A stretch of 64,000 bases of DNA from Eledone cirrhosa (GCA_964016885.1 OZ024747.1:40858001-40922000), one strand, 5' to 3'; counted from the first letter of the stretch, positions 12,430 through 25,080 are shown. The notes: generated by a model not told the origin, from the sequence alone. Numbers and translations are program-made.

Positions 12430-14520
12430 TTAACGCATAAATCTAAGGAAGGTAAAACATTAAAAGGTAAGAAATAAGTATGAATGTGTATAATTAGGGG
12501 AAAGGGATACTAACAAATATTACGCTATATAGAATTATAGTGAGTTGCTATTTAGAATATTTAATTAGGTTTATAGTATTTAAATGTTTTTCGTATATGG
12601 TGATTACAAACTATAATCAGTTCCTGTCTTTTATTCAATAAATCGTCCTTAGATTTAGTAATTTCCAAGATCTCCCCTGAACATAACCTGCATTCTCTCC
12701 TGTTCCCAAGATATGGAGTTCTTTGTAGAATGGTGTTCCACGATAGCTTGAAATCTATTTTTTCTTTTTATAGTTATTTACTGCTTCAGCTAAAGATATG
12801 GTGTTAGCTAGTTTAGTATTGTTAAAACTACTAGGGTATGCGTAAAATCTTTTCTTAAATGTGTTTGATGTAGATCCTATATATGTTTTGTTGGAGTCAG
12901 TAATAGACACAGTGCATTTATATATTACATTATTAATCAAACAGTTGCCATTTAAGGGACAAATGCTTCTATTTCTGCAATTACAACCATACGTAAGATG
13001 GTTGTTGGGGGTACCTATACCATTCTCATTATTCCTTGAGCTATTCCTATTGTAATTAATGTTAGCGGGAGAATGAAGGTTGCTTTGCGGGTGGTTTAGT
13101 GCTAGGGTTGGATTGTGACTTTGTGTTCTGTGGTTTTTGTGTTGATGATTTGGGTGGTTGTGTTTTCCAGGTTGAAGGATTGTATTATTTGTCCTTTTAA
13201 AAGGTGCAGTCCTATTTAAATTATGTTGTGGTGGTGTGGTCATATTATTTTTAAATTTATAAATGCCGTAGTTGCTTATTTTTTGCTGGAGATTGTTTGA
13301 TGTAGAGTATGAGAATTTAACAGTATATCTGTTAAATATTTGGTGGTATCTGTGGTTTGGTGGAAAATGTTTATGTAGAATTTCGAAGAATTTTGGGGGG
13401 ATTTGTCCAATAGTTTGCAGGTTGAAGGGTGCGTTGTACCATGTTATGTTTCTTTTGCGGTTTTTAGTTAAGTTCTTATTACCACTTATGTTATTGTGCT
13501 GTGTTCTAGAAGAATTCCTATGGTCAGTATTCGTATTTGTGGAATTTGGTAAACTACCGTGGTTGTATTTGGTTTTATTATTGGGTAGATTATGAGATTT
13601 TGAATGCTTGGTATTCATATGTGAGTTGATAACATTGGTCATAGATCGTGTAGTAATAGTTGTTGTGGTTTTTCGGTTGTTTGATGTAATAGAAATAACC
13701 CCTTTAGGTATTTGTTTCAATGGTATTTTTCAATGGTGTTTGTAGGTTTTGCTAGGTTTTATATTTTGGTCCATAGTAGTGTTGGTGATATATGGGGGGA
13801 TTTGTCCAATGGTGATATATTGGTGATATATTGGGGGGATTTGTCCAATAGTTTGCAGGTTGAAGGGTGCGTTGTACCATGTTATGTTTCTTTTGCGGTT
13901 TTTAGTTAAGTTCTTATTACCACTTATATTATTGTGCTGTGTTCTAGAAGAATTCCTATGGTCAGTATTCGTATTTGTGGAATTTGGTAAACTACTGTGG
14001 TTGTATTTGGTTTTATTATTGGGTAGATTATGAGATTTTGAATGCTTGGTATCATATGTGAGTTGATAACATTGGTCATAGATCGTGTAGTAATAGTTGT
14101 TGTGGTTTTTCGGTTGTTTGATGTAATAGAAATAACCCTTTTAGGTATTTGTTTCAATGGTTTTTTTCAATGGTCTTTGTAGGTTTTGCTAGGTTTTATA
14201 TTTTGGTCCATAGTAGTGTTGGTGATATATGAGATTTTTTCTTTATATCCACTTCTAGTTAAGGCCTCGTTGTAGAAGGGTGTATTATTATAAAATGTAT
14301 CTTCATTGGAAGATAATTTAAAAAGTCTAAGAGATATGTTATATACTAAGTTTTTGAGTATAGATCCAGGGTGGTTAGAGCGTGAATGTACATAGTATAG
14401 ATTCTGGTAGGGTTTGTGGTAAGGTTGATAAATATTCGCAGAGAGGTCTAAGGTAACGTCAAGGAAATTAGCTACTTTTGAAGTGTTTTCAAAGGTGATG
14501 TTAAGGTTGTAGTAGTCCTT
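12430..14520 (-). mobile_element. 5'-truncated Naiad-type Penelope-like element (RT thumb + linker + GIY-YIG), decayed
   Basis: Minus from 14520: NFLDVTLDL..YQPYHKP..YVHSRSNHPGSILKNL..SSNEDTF..YNEALTRSGY; ORF 12755-13720 RKRNITWYNAPF..HFPPNHRYHQIFNRYTVKFSYS..CNCRNRSICPLNGNCL..VIYKCTV..YIGST; after frameshift CRLC..LLNKRQEL..CNH. Confidence 0.9.
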
Positions 14521-14534
14521 GATATATATATATA

Positions 14535-14801
14535 TTAGAAAGTGAGGGTTTTTTTACAAAATGAAAAATAACCGAGGTGTCCTACACGAGTGAAAGTATA
14601 AATAAAAAAAGATGAAATCGAAAATGCAACTGGAGTCTTATTTTTTTTTAAATATATATATTTATTTGGTTCCTTTACAGACCCTCCATCTCAACACTAC
14701 TTTTGAAAAGCTGAAGAACTGCGAAACCAGTAAAGGAACCAAATAAATTTTTTTTTTTTTCTAAAATAAGACTCGAGTTGCATTTTCGATTTCATCTTTT
14801 T

Positions 14802-14802
<1 letters not shown>
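14535..14802. mobile_element. Short palindromic PLE-like element (UUGAAAA-hammerhead family) in (TA)n
   Basis: Same sequence and same two termini as 36372-36705 and 42266-43080; degenerate hammerhead at 14699-14736. Confidence 0.75.
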
Positions 14803-14833
<31 letters not shown>

Positions 14834-14948
14834 TATATATATACACACGCATATATATATATATATACACACACGCACACACACACATATATATATATAC
14901 ACACATATATATATATACGCACATATATATATATATATATATATATTT

Positions 14949-15021
<73 letters not shown>

Positions 15022-15061
15022 ATATATTAATAAATGGAAACTATATTTATAAAACCATAAT

Positions 15062-15128
15062 TATTTTATTATATATATTTCAAGGGCAACCAAGATAAAT
15101 TATAGGTGCGCTTTCATCAGATAAAATA
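15062..15128 (-). ncRNA. Hammerhead ribozyme (left arm)
   Basis: Reverse complement of the 15264-15330 motif. Confidence 0.8.
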
Positions 15129-15263
15129 CAGATTTGTTTTATAAATAAATATTGACATACCCGGAAAAAAGACAACCTCAACGGTTGAAATCCGCTGGGA
15201 ATTTCAACCGTTGAGGTTGTCTTTTTTCCGGGTATGTCAATATTTATTTATAAAACAAATCTA

Positions 15264-15330
15264 TATTTTATCTGATGAAAGCGCACCTATAATTTACCTT
15301 GGTTGCCCTTGAAATATATATAATAAAATA
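15264..15330 (+). ncRNA. Hammerhead ribozyme (right arm)
   Basis: TATTTTAT CTGATGA AAGCGCACC-loop-GGTTGCCCTT GAAA TATATA TA ATAAAATA; 8-bp stem I. Confidence 0.8.
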
Positions 15331-15489
15331 ATTATGGTTTTATAAATATAGTTTCCATTTATTAATGTATTGTATATTTACTCCACTAAACTGTTGAGTG
15401 CTTTATATCAGTTATAAAAATTGTTAAGCTTGTTGAATCCCAACAAATTAAATATAATCTCTGCATATATATATATATATATATATATA

Positions 15490-16036
15490 TTGGTAAACGG
15501 AATAGAAAATGCTGACAAATTGTTCACAGTGTAAAATAGTTTAATTAGGAATAAGTGAGAATTAGTAATTGTATTGGTTAGTATTCAGTTTTGGTTTTAA
15601 GTTTTACCGGTTGCGCATTTCTAATGCTTTTCAAAAATAATTTTGAGATAGAGCGTCCGTGATGTTTGCTATGATCTGATTAGTTTTGGGAATTCTACCT
15701 GTTTTTATGTTAAAAAAGTGGCTCCAGCGGTATTAAAATAAGTTTTGCGCCAATTCGTGTTGCAAAAATTCTTGTGGTCAAAACAATTTTGATTGGTCGG
15801 TAGAGGTCATGTGAATGTAAAGAATTGATTTTGCTCCAAATGTAGGTTTGTGTCGGCTGACTGAGAAATGACTCTTTCACAACAAATATGTGTGTGTGTG
15901 TGTAGTAGTAGTAGTAGTAGTAAAGTGTTCGTTGTTGTGATAATGGTCAGCAGGGATGTGTGTGCGAACCGCAGCCTGTTGACAGTTCAAATGCCTATTA
16001 AGACAAGTGAGTGTCTCTGTGTGTGTGTGTGTGTGT

Positions 16037-16094
<58 letters not shown>

Positions 16095-16200
16095 CAGAGT
16101 AATTCGTGGTAGAGGGATGGTCAGTAGGAATGTGTCTGTAAGTGAGTGGGGATATTTTAACATGTTAAAAGATATTTTTCAGCTCTTGTCTTATACGGAG

Positions 16201-16240
<40 letters not shown>

Positions 16241-16269
16241 CTCCTTGTATGTTAATGTACGCGTGTGTA

Positions 16270-16314
<45 letters not shown>

Positions 16315-16343
16315 CTCCTTGTATGTTAATGTACGCGTGTGTA

Positions 16344-16375
<32 letters not shown>

Positions 16376-16500
16376 AGAATGTGTGTGTGTGTGGGTGGAC
16401 CAGTATTTTTTCCTGGTGAAATGGTGTACATTATTCGATATTTTCAGTAAAATCGATTCTCTCAATAGAACATCAAAAACCTTAATAATAAAAGGTGTGA
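15490..16500 (-). mobile_element. Decayed PLE-like 3' region interrupted by (GT)n, with degenerate hammerhead at 15601-15637
   Basis: Homologous to 17765-18045; minus TTGAAAA GCATT-AGA-AATGC GCAA CCGG TA. Confidence 0.5.
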
Positions 16501-16565
16501 AATGATATATAGTATTGGTATAATACCAAGGTGTGTGTGTGTCCAGATTGTATATATATATATAT

Positions 16566-17300
16566 TAAATGGAATAGAATGAAACGAAATTTCATTTCTC
16601 ACTCTTAGTACGGCATTTACTTAAATGTAAGTATGTATGTATGTATACGTACATACATATATGTATACAGACGTACAGTAGTATGTATATATATATACAT
16701 ACATGTACACATATATACATGCACGTATCGGTTTACCGAACATTTATTATAATGCTCGGTTTGTTTGTAAACAAACAGCCCGAATTACGCCGTACAGTGT
16801 TTAGGCAACCACGTCACCTTTTTTGTTCAACACTGACACAGGAACGATGTACTAGTTTCAAGCTTATTAGCTATCGTCAGCATCGTATACCTTCCTGCCA
16901 GATGGTTGAACGTCTGAAAGTATATACTTTCCTCATGCATATTAACGGCTGAGCAGCCTAATTTGCATATCGAGTGAGTTCAGTCGGTTGGGCGCACCGA
17001 AAACGATAAATGGAATAGAATGAAACGAAATTTCATTTCTCACTCTTAGTACGGCAGTTACTTAAATGTAAGTATGTATGTATGTGTACGTACATACATA
17101 TATGTATACAGACGTACAGTTTACAAACAAATATATGTATACAGACGTACAGTTTACAAACAAACAAACCGAGCATTATAATAAATGTTCGGTAAACCGA
17201 TACGTGCATGTATATATGTGTACATGTATGTATATATATACATACTACTGTACGTCTGTATACATATATGTATGTACGTATACATACATACATTCTTACA
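16566..17300 (-). mobile_element. ORF-less retrozyme/PLE-like element: 441-bp unit + partial tandem repeat + inverted arm
   Basis: 16566-16679 repeated at 17007-17120; ~17150-17295 is the reverse complement of ~16625-16770; contains a hammerhead; flanked by (TA)n. Confidence 0.8.
16844..16886 (-). ncRNA. Minimal type-I hammerhead ribozyme (43 nt)
   Basis: Minus: ACGATG CTGACGA T AGCT-AATA-AGCT T GAAA CTAG TA CATCGT; perfect 6-bp stem I, palindromic stem III ACUAGU, GUA site. Confidence 0.9.
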
Positions 17301-17317
17301 TATATATATATTTATAT

Positions 17318-17434
<117 letters not shown>

Positions 17435-17446
17435 TATATATATATG

Positions 17447-17705
17447 TGAAGGTGCATGGCTTAGTAGTTAAAGCATTGGGCTTGCAATCGAAAGGTTGTG
17501 AGTTCAATTCTCAGACCGGGTGATGTGTTGTTTCCTTGAGCAAGACACTTTATTTCACATTGCTCCAGTTTACTCAGCTGTAGAAATGAGTACCGGCCTG
17601 CCCGCCCAGCCAGTGAAATGGCGTTATCTTATGGCTAAAACAGCACGACGTGCTGTGACCAGCGGCGCCGATCTGCGCCCGACAGACTGGTCGGTCAAGG
17701 TGACA
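17447..17705 (+). mobile_element. tRNA-derived SINE with CORE-like domain
   Basis: TGGCTTAGTAGTTAAAG A box, GAGTTCAATTCT B box, CCTTGAGCAAGACACTTTA resembling the CORE domain. Confidence 0.7.
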
Positions 17706-17764
17706 TATATATATATATATATATATAGTTAAAAGAATAGAGGTGCAACACACAAGTTATCATA

Positions 17765-18037
17765 TATTGGCAAACGGAACAGAAAATGCTGACAAACCGT
17801 TCACAGTTGAAAAACGGTTCAATTAGAAATAAAAGAGCAAACAACACGGAGCAAACAACACGGACACTCTATCTCAAAGTTGTTTTTGAGGAGCATTTGG
17901 AAGTGCACAACCGGTAGAGGCTTTAAAACTTGGAACCGCAACTGAATGCTAACCCATACAATTGCTAATACTCTTTTATTTCTAATTGAACCGTTTTTCA
18001 ACTGTGAACGGTTTGTCAGCAATTTCTGTTCCGTTTG

Positions 18038-18045
<8 letters not shown>
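17765..18045. mobile_element. Short inverted-repeat PLE-like element in (TA)n
   Basis: 17765-17837 inverted at 17971-18045; degenerate hammerhead 17882-17921 (TTGAGGA GCATTT-GG-AAGTGC ACAA CCGG TA). Confidence 0.65.
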
Positions 18046-18095
<50 letters not shown>

Positions 18096-18336
18096 AATAA
18101 TAGACAAACATGCTTTTTAAGCTTATCTGCCTTGTTCGCCCTCTACTACCCAACCAATGCAGCTTAAAAGATCTCGCAGAATTTAATAATAATGCAAAGG
18201 ACTGTGTAAAGAAATGGGAAAATGTCATATAACCACATGCTTCGAAGATACGAAAAGAAGAAGAAGCTTATTTTACCGATACACCTTAAAAGGACACAAC
18301 TCTAGCCGGGTTTCCGGAAGCTTATTTTATCGCTAA

Positions 18337-18509
18337 ATAATTGTTTCTACTTTTGGCACAAGGCAAGCAATTATCCAGTGTATTACTGGTACTTTATTTT
18401 ATCGACCCCGTAACGATGAAAGACAAAGTTAATCTCGACGGGATTCGAACTCAGAATGGAAAGGGTCGCAACTCTTTGCGTCAAAGCATGGCGTCCGACC
18501 CTCTACCGC
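18337..18509 (-). mobile_element. tRNA-derived SINE, main family (further partial copy 18668-18745)
   Basis: Reverse complement of the family consensus. Confidence 0.8.
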
Positions 18510-18767
18510 TAAATAATAAATAGTGTTTTAGAACCGAGGTAGTGACTACTATCTTTAATCCAGGTCGTGACTTTCTGATAAAATATTTAATTTCGAAAAT
18601 ATTTGACTTTCTGCTAAGATTCTTAATTTTGAAGAAAACATTACAGCAATAAAACGGGAGGAAACACAATAACTGTTTCTACTTTTGGCACAAGGCCAGC
18701 AAATCCGCCAGTGCATTATTTGTACTTTATTTTATCGACCTCGTAATAGGGAGGAAACATAATAACA

Positions 18768-18807
18768 TCACTGATGATGTCACAGGTTTGTGATGAAAGG
18801 AGTCTGA
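18768..18807 (+). ncRNA. Hammerhead-like motif
   Basis: TCA CTGATGA T GTCACA-GGTT-TGTGAT GAAA GGAG TC TGA; core intact, stems I and III weak. Confidence 0.55.
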
Positions 18808-19689
18808 GAAACTATATTTATATCTATATGTTTAACTGTTGGACAATCAATGATAAACATTGATTGCCAGCTGAATTAATTATAGAAATATAAAATATAC
18901 TGAAGCGAAAATCAACTCAAACCAAACAGTGAGTGTGTTTTAATATATAATTCTGGCAACATGACCCTCCCCAAATATAACAATATTTGTTTCAACACGA
19001 TTTCATACCAAAAACCTTTCAAAACAAATATATATATATATACGCGTGTATGGGAGTGCACGTGTCGTTTGGTGTGTGCGAACGTGCAAGTATATACTTC
19101 GGTTTACAGATGGATAATTAAGATGAATTAGTGATAATATTTTCTTAATACCTTATACATTATTACCAAGCATACACAAATCCTACGTTGCTATTGACTT
19201 TTGTTTGTTATGAGTTGCGTTAATCCCATATCATGCATATATTATTCAAAATATTCTATTCTCTCCTTCTTTTTAAATGAATAAACCTTTTATGAAAATA
19301 AATGGATCTTTTTAAAGAGCATCTTAATGTCTTAGCGAATGGATTTGTTGCCATGCCAACCACTATGTAATCTCTTTAATGGAATTATAGTTATGTTCTC
19401 CCCTCTACTTCTTTATTATTTATGCAAATATCCTATTGTTCAATCGGAATCTGATGCAAGTTAAATATCTAAATATCTTAGATTAAACTAATAAATATTT
19501 ACGTTTTTGTGTGTCTTAACTTAAAATCAAATATACAATTTATCGAAAAGAAATCTTATGATGGCAGTTCTTTTCAACGTTCCTGCAGACATCCTAAAAC
19601 TTGCAATAATACAAATTTAATCACAGTTAACAAAATTGCAGACATAGTGGAAATTATAAGAGAAAATCCATATTTTATTTATACAATAA

Positions 19690-22600
19690 CTAGCAGATTT
19701 ACCCGGCGTTGCTCGGGGTTTGAAATTATGCTAAGAATATACAGCTAGGAAGTAAAAGAAGAACATTATTTGTCCCCAACCTGTCAAAATAAGCAGAAGT
19801 CTTCAATAATTAATGCAAACGAATATTGAGTGCAATCTTTGTACACATAAAATTATGTTGATAATGAAGGAAAACACTGAACAGGATGTAGTTATACAAA
19901 TAATTAAAGACTATACATGTTGCAAATCTGTAAAAAAAACAGGCAGTTTTGCTAAAGTACAAAAAGTTGTAATGAAAGCAGAGTTGTATACAAACAAAAA
20001 AATAATGAGAGTAGAATAAAAGAAAATCTATTCTTTGAGAGCATCCTTTGCTGCGTATGGTTAAATTTTTAACTTATAATCCAAAATATCCTGCATGACA
20101 TATTCATTGGTATGTTTTGTAATGAGTAAGGTGAAGTCAAGGCAGAGCTGTAATAAGTTTTTTTTGTTAACACTAAAGCACTTCACGATAGACGATATTC
20201 TTTGATTTTCTTTTCGGAACAAACGCAAAGAGATTATCTCGACTGCCAACTACTCGTGAGCAGGCAACGTGGAATTGTCCGTGGGAAAAGCAAGGTTCAT
20301 CCAAGTGAATTCCAGCGACGGAGAGAGTTTGACCTTGCGACTTGTTTATGGACATCGGAAAGGCAACACGAATGGGAAATTGGGTTCGGCGAAAGGAGAA
20401 GGGAGTATCCACGCCTGATGTAGTCAGGCTAATTTTTGTTATTATCACATCCTCGCCTTTTCCACATCCGGATAGAATGGTAGCGTCAATACTAAGTGGA
20501 GACAGTTTCTTAACCACAAGGCGTGTACCATTGCATAGTTTTGGAGGAGTGATATTTCTCAGCAAATTAAACTGGCGTTCCCTCTTTCAGAACCAATGTA
20601 TTAGGAGGTAAACCAGGAGGACTTAAAGAATTTAGAAATTCAACTGGATAATTGACCGCATCCTGTGGATCACATACAGTATCAATAGATTTATATATCC
20701 GTGGACATCCAGGAAGAAGCTGAAGAATCTGATCGTTAATACAGCTAATAGTGATATTTTTGGGTGCAATAATGGCTCTTTCGCATAGCCAATCAAGATT
20801 CGTATAGTTATCACGCAAGTTCGGGAATACACTCGCCTTTAGATCATCGACAGTTTCAACTACATTTCAAATGTGATCAATTACTATGTCTCCATCTGTA
20901 TCCGGAGGTAGGTTACCATCTCCTATTGTAAGAATGTCTCCAGAAAATGTTGATGACAGAGGGTCCCCATGCAACCTTTCACGCATGTTGGTAGTTAGTC
21001 TTAATGATGTCACTTGTCGCCACAATGGTGAAGTCTTAAGACATGCATTTACCGCATCTGCTCTTGTTCCTTTCGGTATTATAGGAAGAGACTGTCTGAA
21101 GTCTCCTGATAGCAGAAGGGTGACACCCCCCATAACATCACTGCAATCCCGTATGTCTTGCAAAGACCTGTCTAGTGCCTCAAGAGCACTTTTGTGCGCC
21201 ATTGTACACTCATCCCAAACAATAAGGTGACACCTTCGCAGCAGATGAGCCCTTTCGGAGTCTTTGGTGATATGACAAGTAGGAGTTTCCAATTTTGCCA
21301 AATCAAGGGGCAATTTAAAAACTGAATGTGCCGTCCTTCCACCAGGGAGAAAATTTGCTGTGATTCCAGAGGACGCAACTGCTATTGCTATGTCCTTATT
21401 CTGTCTAACCTTTGCAAGAAGTTTAGTAACGAAAGTTTTTCCTGTACCTCTGGAGCATCGAGGAAAAATATGCCATCTCTTCTTTGATATACCAATTCAG
21501 TAATGATGGTATAAGCCAGTCGCTGATCAGCTAGAAGTTTTGGCTCATTATCTGTGACGTAGAGGCCGAGATCATGGATGTCATAAGAAGTCTCCTGTAT
21601 GATATATGTTGGAAGTTTGTTTGAGTCTGTGCGATCAATTTCTGGTAAACCGTAGTAACGTAAAACCTTTCCTCCAATCAGAGTTAACTTGTCCTCAATA
21701 TCAATGAGAGCTCTGTTGTATAATTCATTAATAAAGACGACCTCTATTTCTGTAAGCAACAATTGTGCTTGGTGCCTGTAGTCGTCTGTTAGTTCATCCC
21801 TATACTTCATCCACAAGAACAGAGGATCAGATAAGTTGCACGAGTGCAAAAGTACCGCAAATAAATTTCTTAGGCTGGCAGGTGAATGTGAAAGAGCAAC
21901 TTCCGCCATCGTTGCATCCCACTGCGAACCATCTTCCAGCAATCCACGCCTCAAACATGCCTTTGTGTATGTTGGAATAACTTGTCCGTCTAACGTTCGG
22001 AGATCATCAAAGTAGGTAGGTCCTCTGACCTCAGGTAGTAGCATGCGAAGATGGAAGCACTCGTGTTGGTTTGGGGGCACAGTATAAACTCTGCCCAAGC
22101 ACTCGTTGAACTTGATTCCTGGATAACCTTCGACACACTGTCCTGTTTTTCTTCGCTTCCATGTATTTTTGTCCCAGGTATAGTAAGATGGGACTTGTGG
22201 ATATAGTAAGGTTTTAGCAAATGGATCTTCTTGACATAGTTTAAAGAAAGCGGTAAGAGTAGTATCTTTTGGTTCTTGTGCTAACTGAGCAGCTGATGCA
22301 TTCGTAAAATATACTCTCTGACCGTTCTCCAGGTGCACTTGCAGTTTTTGAACAGCAGGATGCCGTTGATGTATAAAAAATCCGAAAATCCGTCAGAACG
22401 CTTCATTAGAGTTAATGTATCTTCCAGTTTGGTACTGGGCCACTTCATCTCGGCTGTTTTCCCGAAGTAATCCAAACGTAGCAGCATCAGAGCCTTTATT
22501 AATGTACTTACAAATGTATTTTATAGATTTAATCGAATTACAGTATTCTACGTTTATGTGTGCATCAAAAATCTTTATAAGAAGTGGATTATATGGAACA

Positions 22601-24412
22601 ACCCATCTGTTTTCAACCTCATGTTTGCCAATCTTTTCCGGCGATATAGTGGGTATCCGTCATGACCTGCCTGAGTGTCCTTAGGGAACTGTCGGGGAAA
22701 TTTCTTTGAGCACCTTGACTTCTCCTTAACAAACGGTAGGTTGTTGTGAAATCCATGTCGACATGGGCCATGAACCATGTGTGCTTTACTTTTGGTAAAG
22801 GTCCCTGTCGATTGTCGGATCCGGAAACTCAGCATAAATGACATTGTCAATTTCATCTGATCTAAGTTTTGTCTTTAACCAGATCAGAATGTGGGCATGT
22901 GGCAGGCCTCGTTTTTGCCACTCAATTGTAAGCATGTCACATTGTACTGGGCCAAAGATTTCACATGTTTTGATAAGTTCCATGAGCTTAATTAACTTAA
23001 GATGGAAAACTCTGGCAATAAGATCCTGCCTGGCTGTGGCTTTTTGACCTGGAAAGAGTTCTTTCTGAATCTCTTCCCATTTTGGGTTTGAAGTGAAAGT
23101 AATAAACAAATCTGGTTTACCGAAAAGGCGCACAATAGTTAAAGCGTCTTGGACAAAAGTTAAAGAACCGAGGACTTCCTGTGAAAGATGAAGGCAGGAT
23201 GCACAACAGTCCAATACTATCAGGATCTGCATCATTGTTCATTCCATCACCAAGGTGAATGTAAGTGTCACAGCGAAGTTGTTTCTGATTAAGACGAATG
23301 AAGCCTAATCACTCGGACTCCATTTTGCGAACATGTCAACTGCCAATTGATTGAAGAGGTCTTGTGATCGGTGCAGCTGGTTGAAGCAGTTGTCGCGGAT
23401 CATGAACCGGAAAGCGTAAAAATCCATGCACGTGACAATTTTCGTGGTATGCTCATCTTGGTTTGTGGAATTAATTTGATGAATTCCGAACTGGTATCCA
23501 TCCTCACCATATACAAATAATAGCGGATACTGGAGTGCGTCGTAAGATCGATGGGTTTCACTTATTCTGTTAAGGCTGTTGTCTCGTCGCTTGAGAATAA
23601 TGTCTGTCTTGTTGTGCTGCTCTCCACTAATAACAATGGCTACCTCATTACAAGTAGGTGCATTATACCAGCCCGCATGCTCCCCAGATAGTCTCTCATC
23701 AGCGAAAATGACGATATCGTAATGTGGCGAAGGTGCTTCTTCTAAAGCATATTTGAAGCTTTGAATGTAGCTATTGTTAGAGTGAAGCATGTCTTGGAGG
23801 TCAATCAAGAGTTCCAGTTTAGTGTCTGAAGTGTACGATTGCCGTCGATCCGCTTGCTGATGACAGTTAACAACAAAGTAAACCTGTAAAAATTGTGGCT
23901 CTTCAGTAGGCAGCGATTGCAGTGATCCAATGAGATGATACACCTGGCCCTGTACTTTGTAAGTCGGTATAAATCCATCTTCCTTCAGAGGTTTTGCACC
24001 GAAAGAGGTCATTTGAAACGCAATGTTGTACTGTCGGATATGCTTCAGAAAATCACGTGATTGTGAATGCTTACCTGTTAGAAGCATCTGGAGAGGTTGC
24101 GGTGGTTCCCTAAGGGCTCGTCAATCAAATGAATGTGATGTTTATATTGAAAAGTATGTTATCTCCCTTTTTTATAAGGATTGTCAATAAAGTTTGTTAT
24201 CTCCCTTACATCAATTTTTCTACCGATAATTTTGATATCGATTTTTTATTGCTCAACGTGGGTCGATTTGAAAAATGTTTGTAATGTAACAATCTTAGCG
24301 ACCCGTGCAACGTGCACAGAAAATTTGGTCAAATTCAGTTGGTAATTGTGAAAGCCTTATGCATGCCAAGTTGTACACAGTACACACATATCCTCGCTTT
24401 TATATATAAGTA
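19690..24412 (-). mobile_element. Helitron (decayed, internally deleted)
   Basis: Minus 3' end CCCGAGCAACGCCGGG hairpin..CTAG|T at 19690; 5' end near CTTATATATAAAAG ~24410; RepHel coding remnants inside. Confidence 0.9.
20173..24110 (-). pseudogene. Helitron RepHel (HUH Rep + Pif1 helicase), multiple frameshifts
   Basis: FQMTSFGA..KVQGQVYH; GKPDLFITFTSNPKWEEI; EWQKRGLPHAHIL; KYICKYINKG; IVWDECTM; GDFRQ; LCNGTRL; INKSQGQTL; FSHGQ. Confidence 0.93.
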
Positions 24413-24724
24413 TTCTAATATATGTGTAAGAGATAGTATAATTCATACATTGCGTAATCGGAGAGATTTTTATTCATATAGTTTATTCAAAAATTCACCT
24501 AGCCAAATGATTTCTTGTGTTCTTCAATTGAAAGTGAATAATTTAAGATTCACCTATAAAACAGTGATATGGGTTAAACTCTCCAATATAATACATATAT
24601 GAATGTTGGTGTGCGTGAGATAGGGGGGCATTTAATTCTAAGAACATTATCAGTTTCCAATAATTCTTTCCATGATATAAAGTGAGAGACAGACCAATAA
24701 TTTTCAGCATTTTCTCTCTCTCTC

Positions 24725-24768
<44 letters not shown>

Positions 24769-24833
24769 CCTCTCTCTCTCCCTCTCCCTCTCTCTCTCTC
24801 TCTCTCTGCTTCCTCCGTTATAGACAAAGCATA

Positions 24834-25080
24834 TTAGCATATTATGTATTCTTTTAACTTTGCAGGGAATTTAACATTTGCATGTGTGATTTGGAAAACC
24901 ATTTGAAATTGGCTTTCTAAATCCTGTGCACATGCTGTGAAGAGAACTATTAGAGCCCTATCAGAGACTCTTGCTGCGTTTAAGTTAATTTTGTGGATGG
25001 CTGATATTATATCTTCCTCCTTTATATCGATGTAATTGTTGGTTTCCGCTTCTCTTTGTAATAACCAATCTCTCAAATTC
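24834..25080 (-). pseudogene. Highly degenerate non-LTR RT N-terminal fragment
   Basis: IKEEDIISAIHKINLNAARVSDR..ACAQDL..FQ..KFPAKLKEYII resembles the LINE RT0 region. Confidence 0.45.

Larger units (their letters stand above)
15019..15465. mobile_element. ORF-less palindromic PLE-like element with two outward-facing hammerheads, in (TA)n
   Basis: ~175-bp arms centred near 15196, plus ~90-bp one-sided tail. Confidence 0.85.

Noticed and set aside
12381-12452. SECIS-like hairpin downstream of the Naiad ORF (ATGAC..AA..)
   Set aside because: No GA at the required 3' position and helix II is short and mismatched
17447-17520. tRNA gene
   Set aside because: A/B boxes are present but there is no full cloverleaf and it runs into a SINE body; the same holds for the main SINE heads
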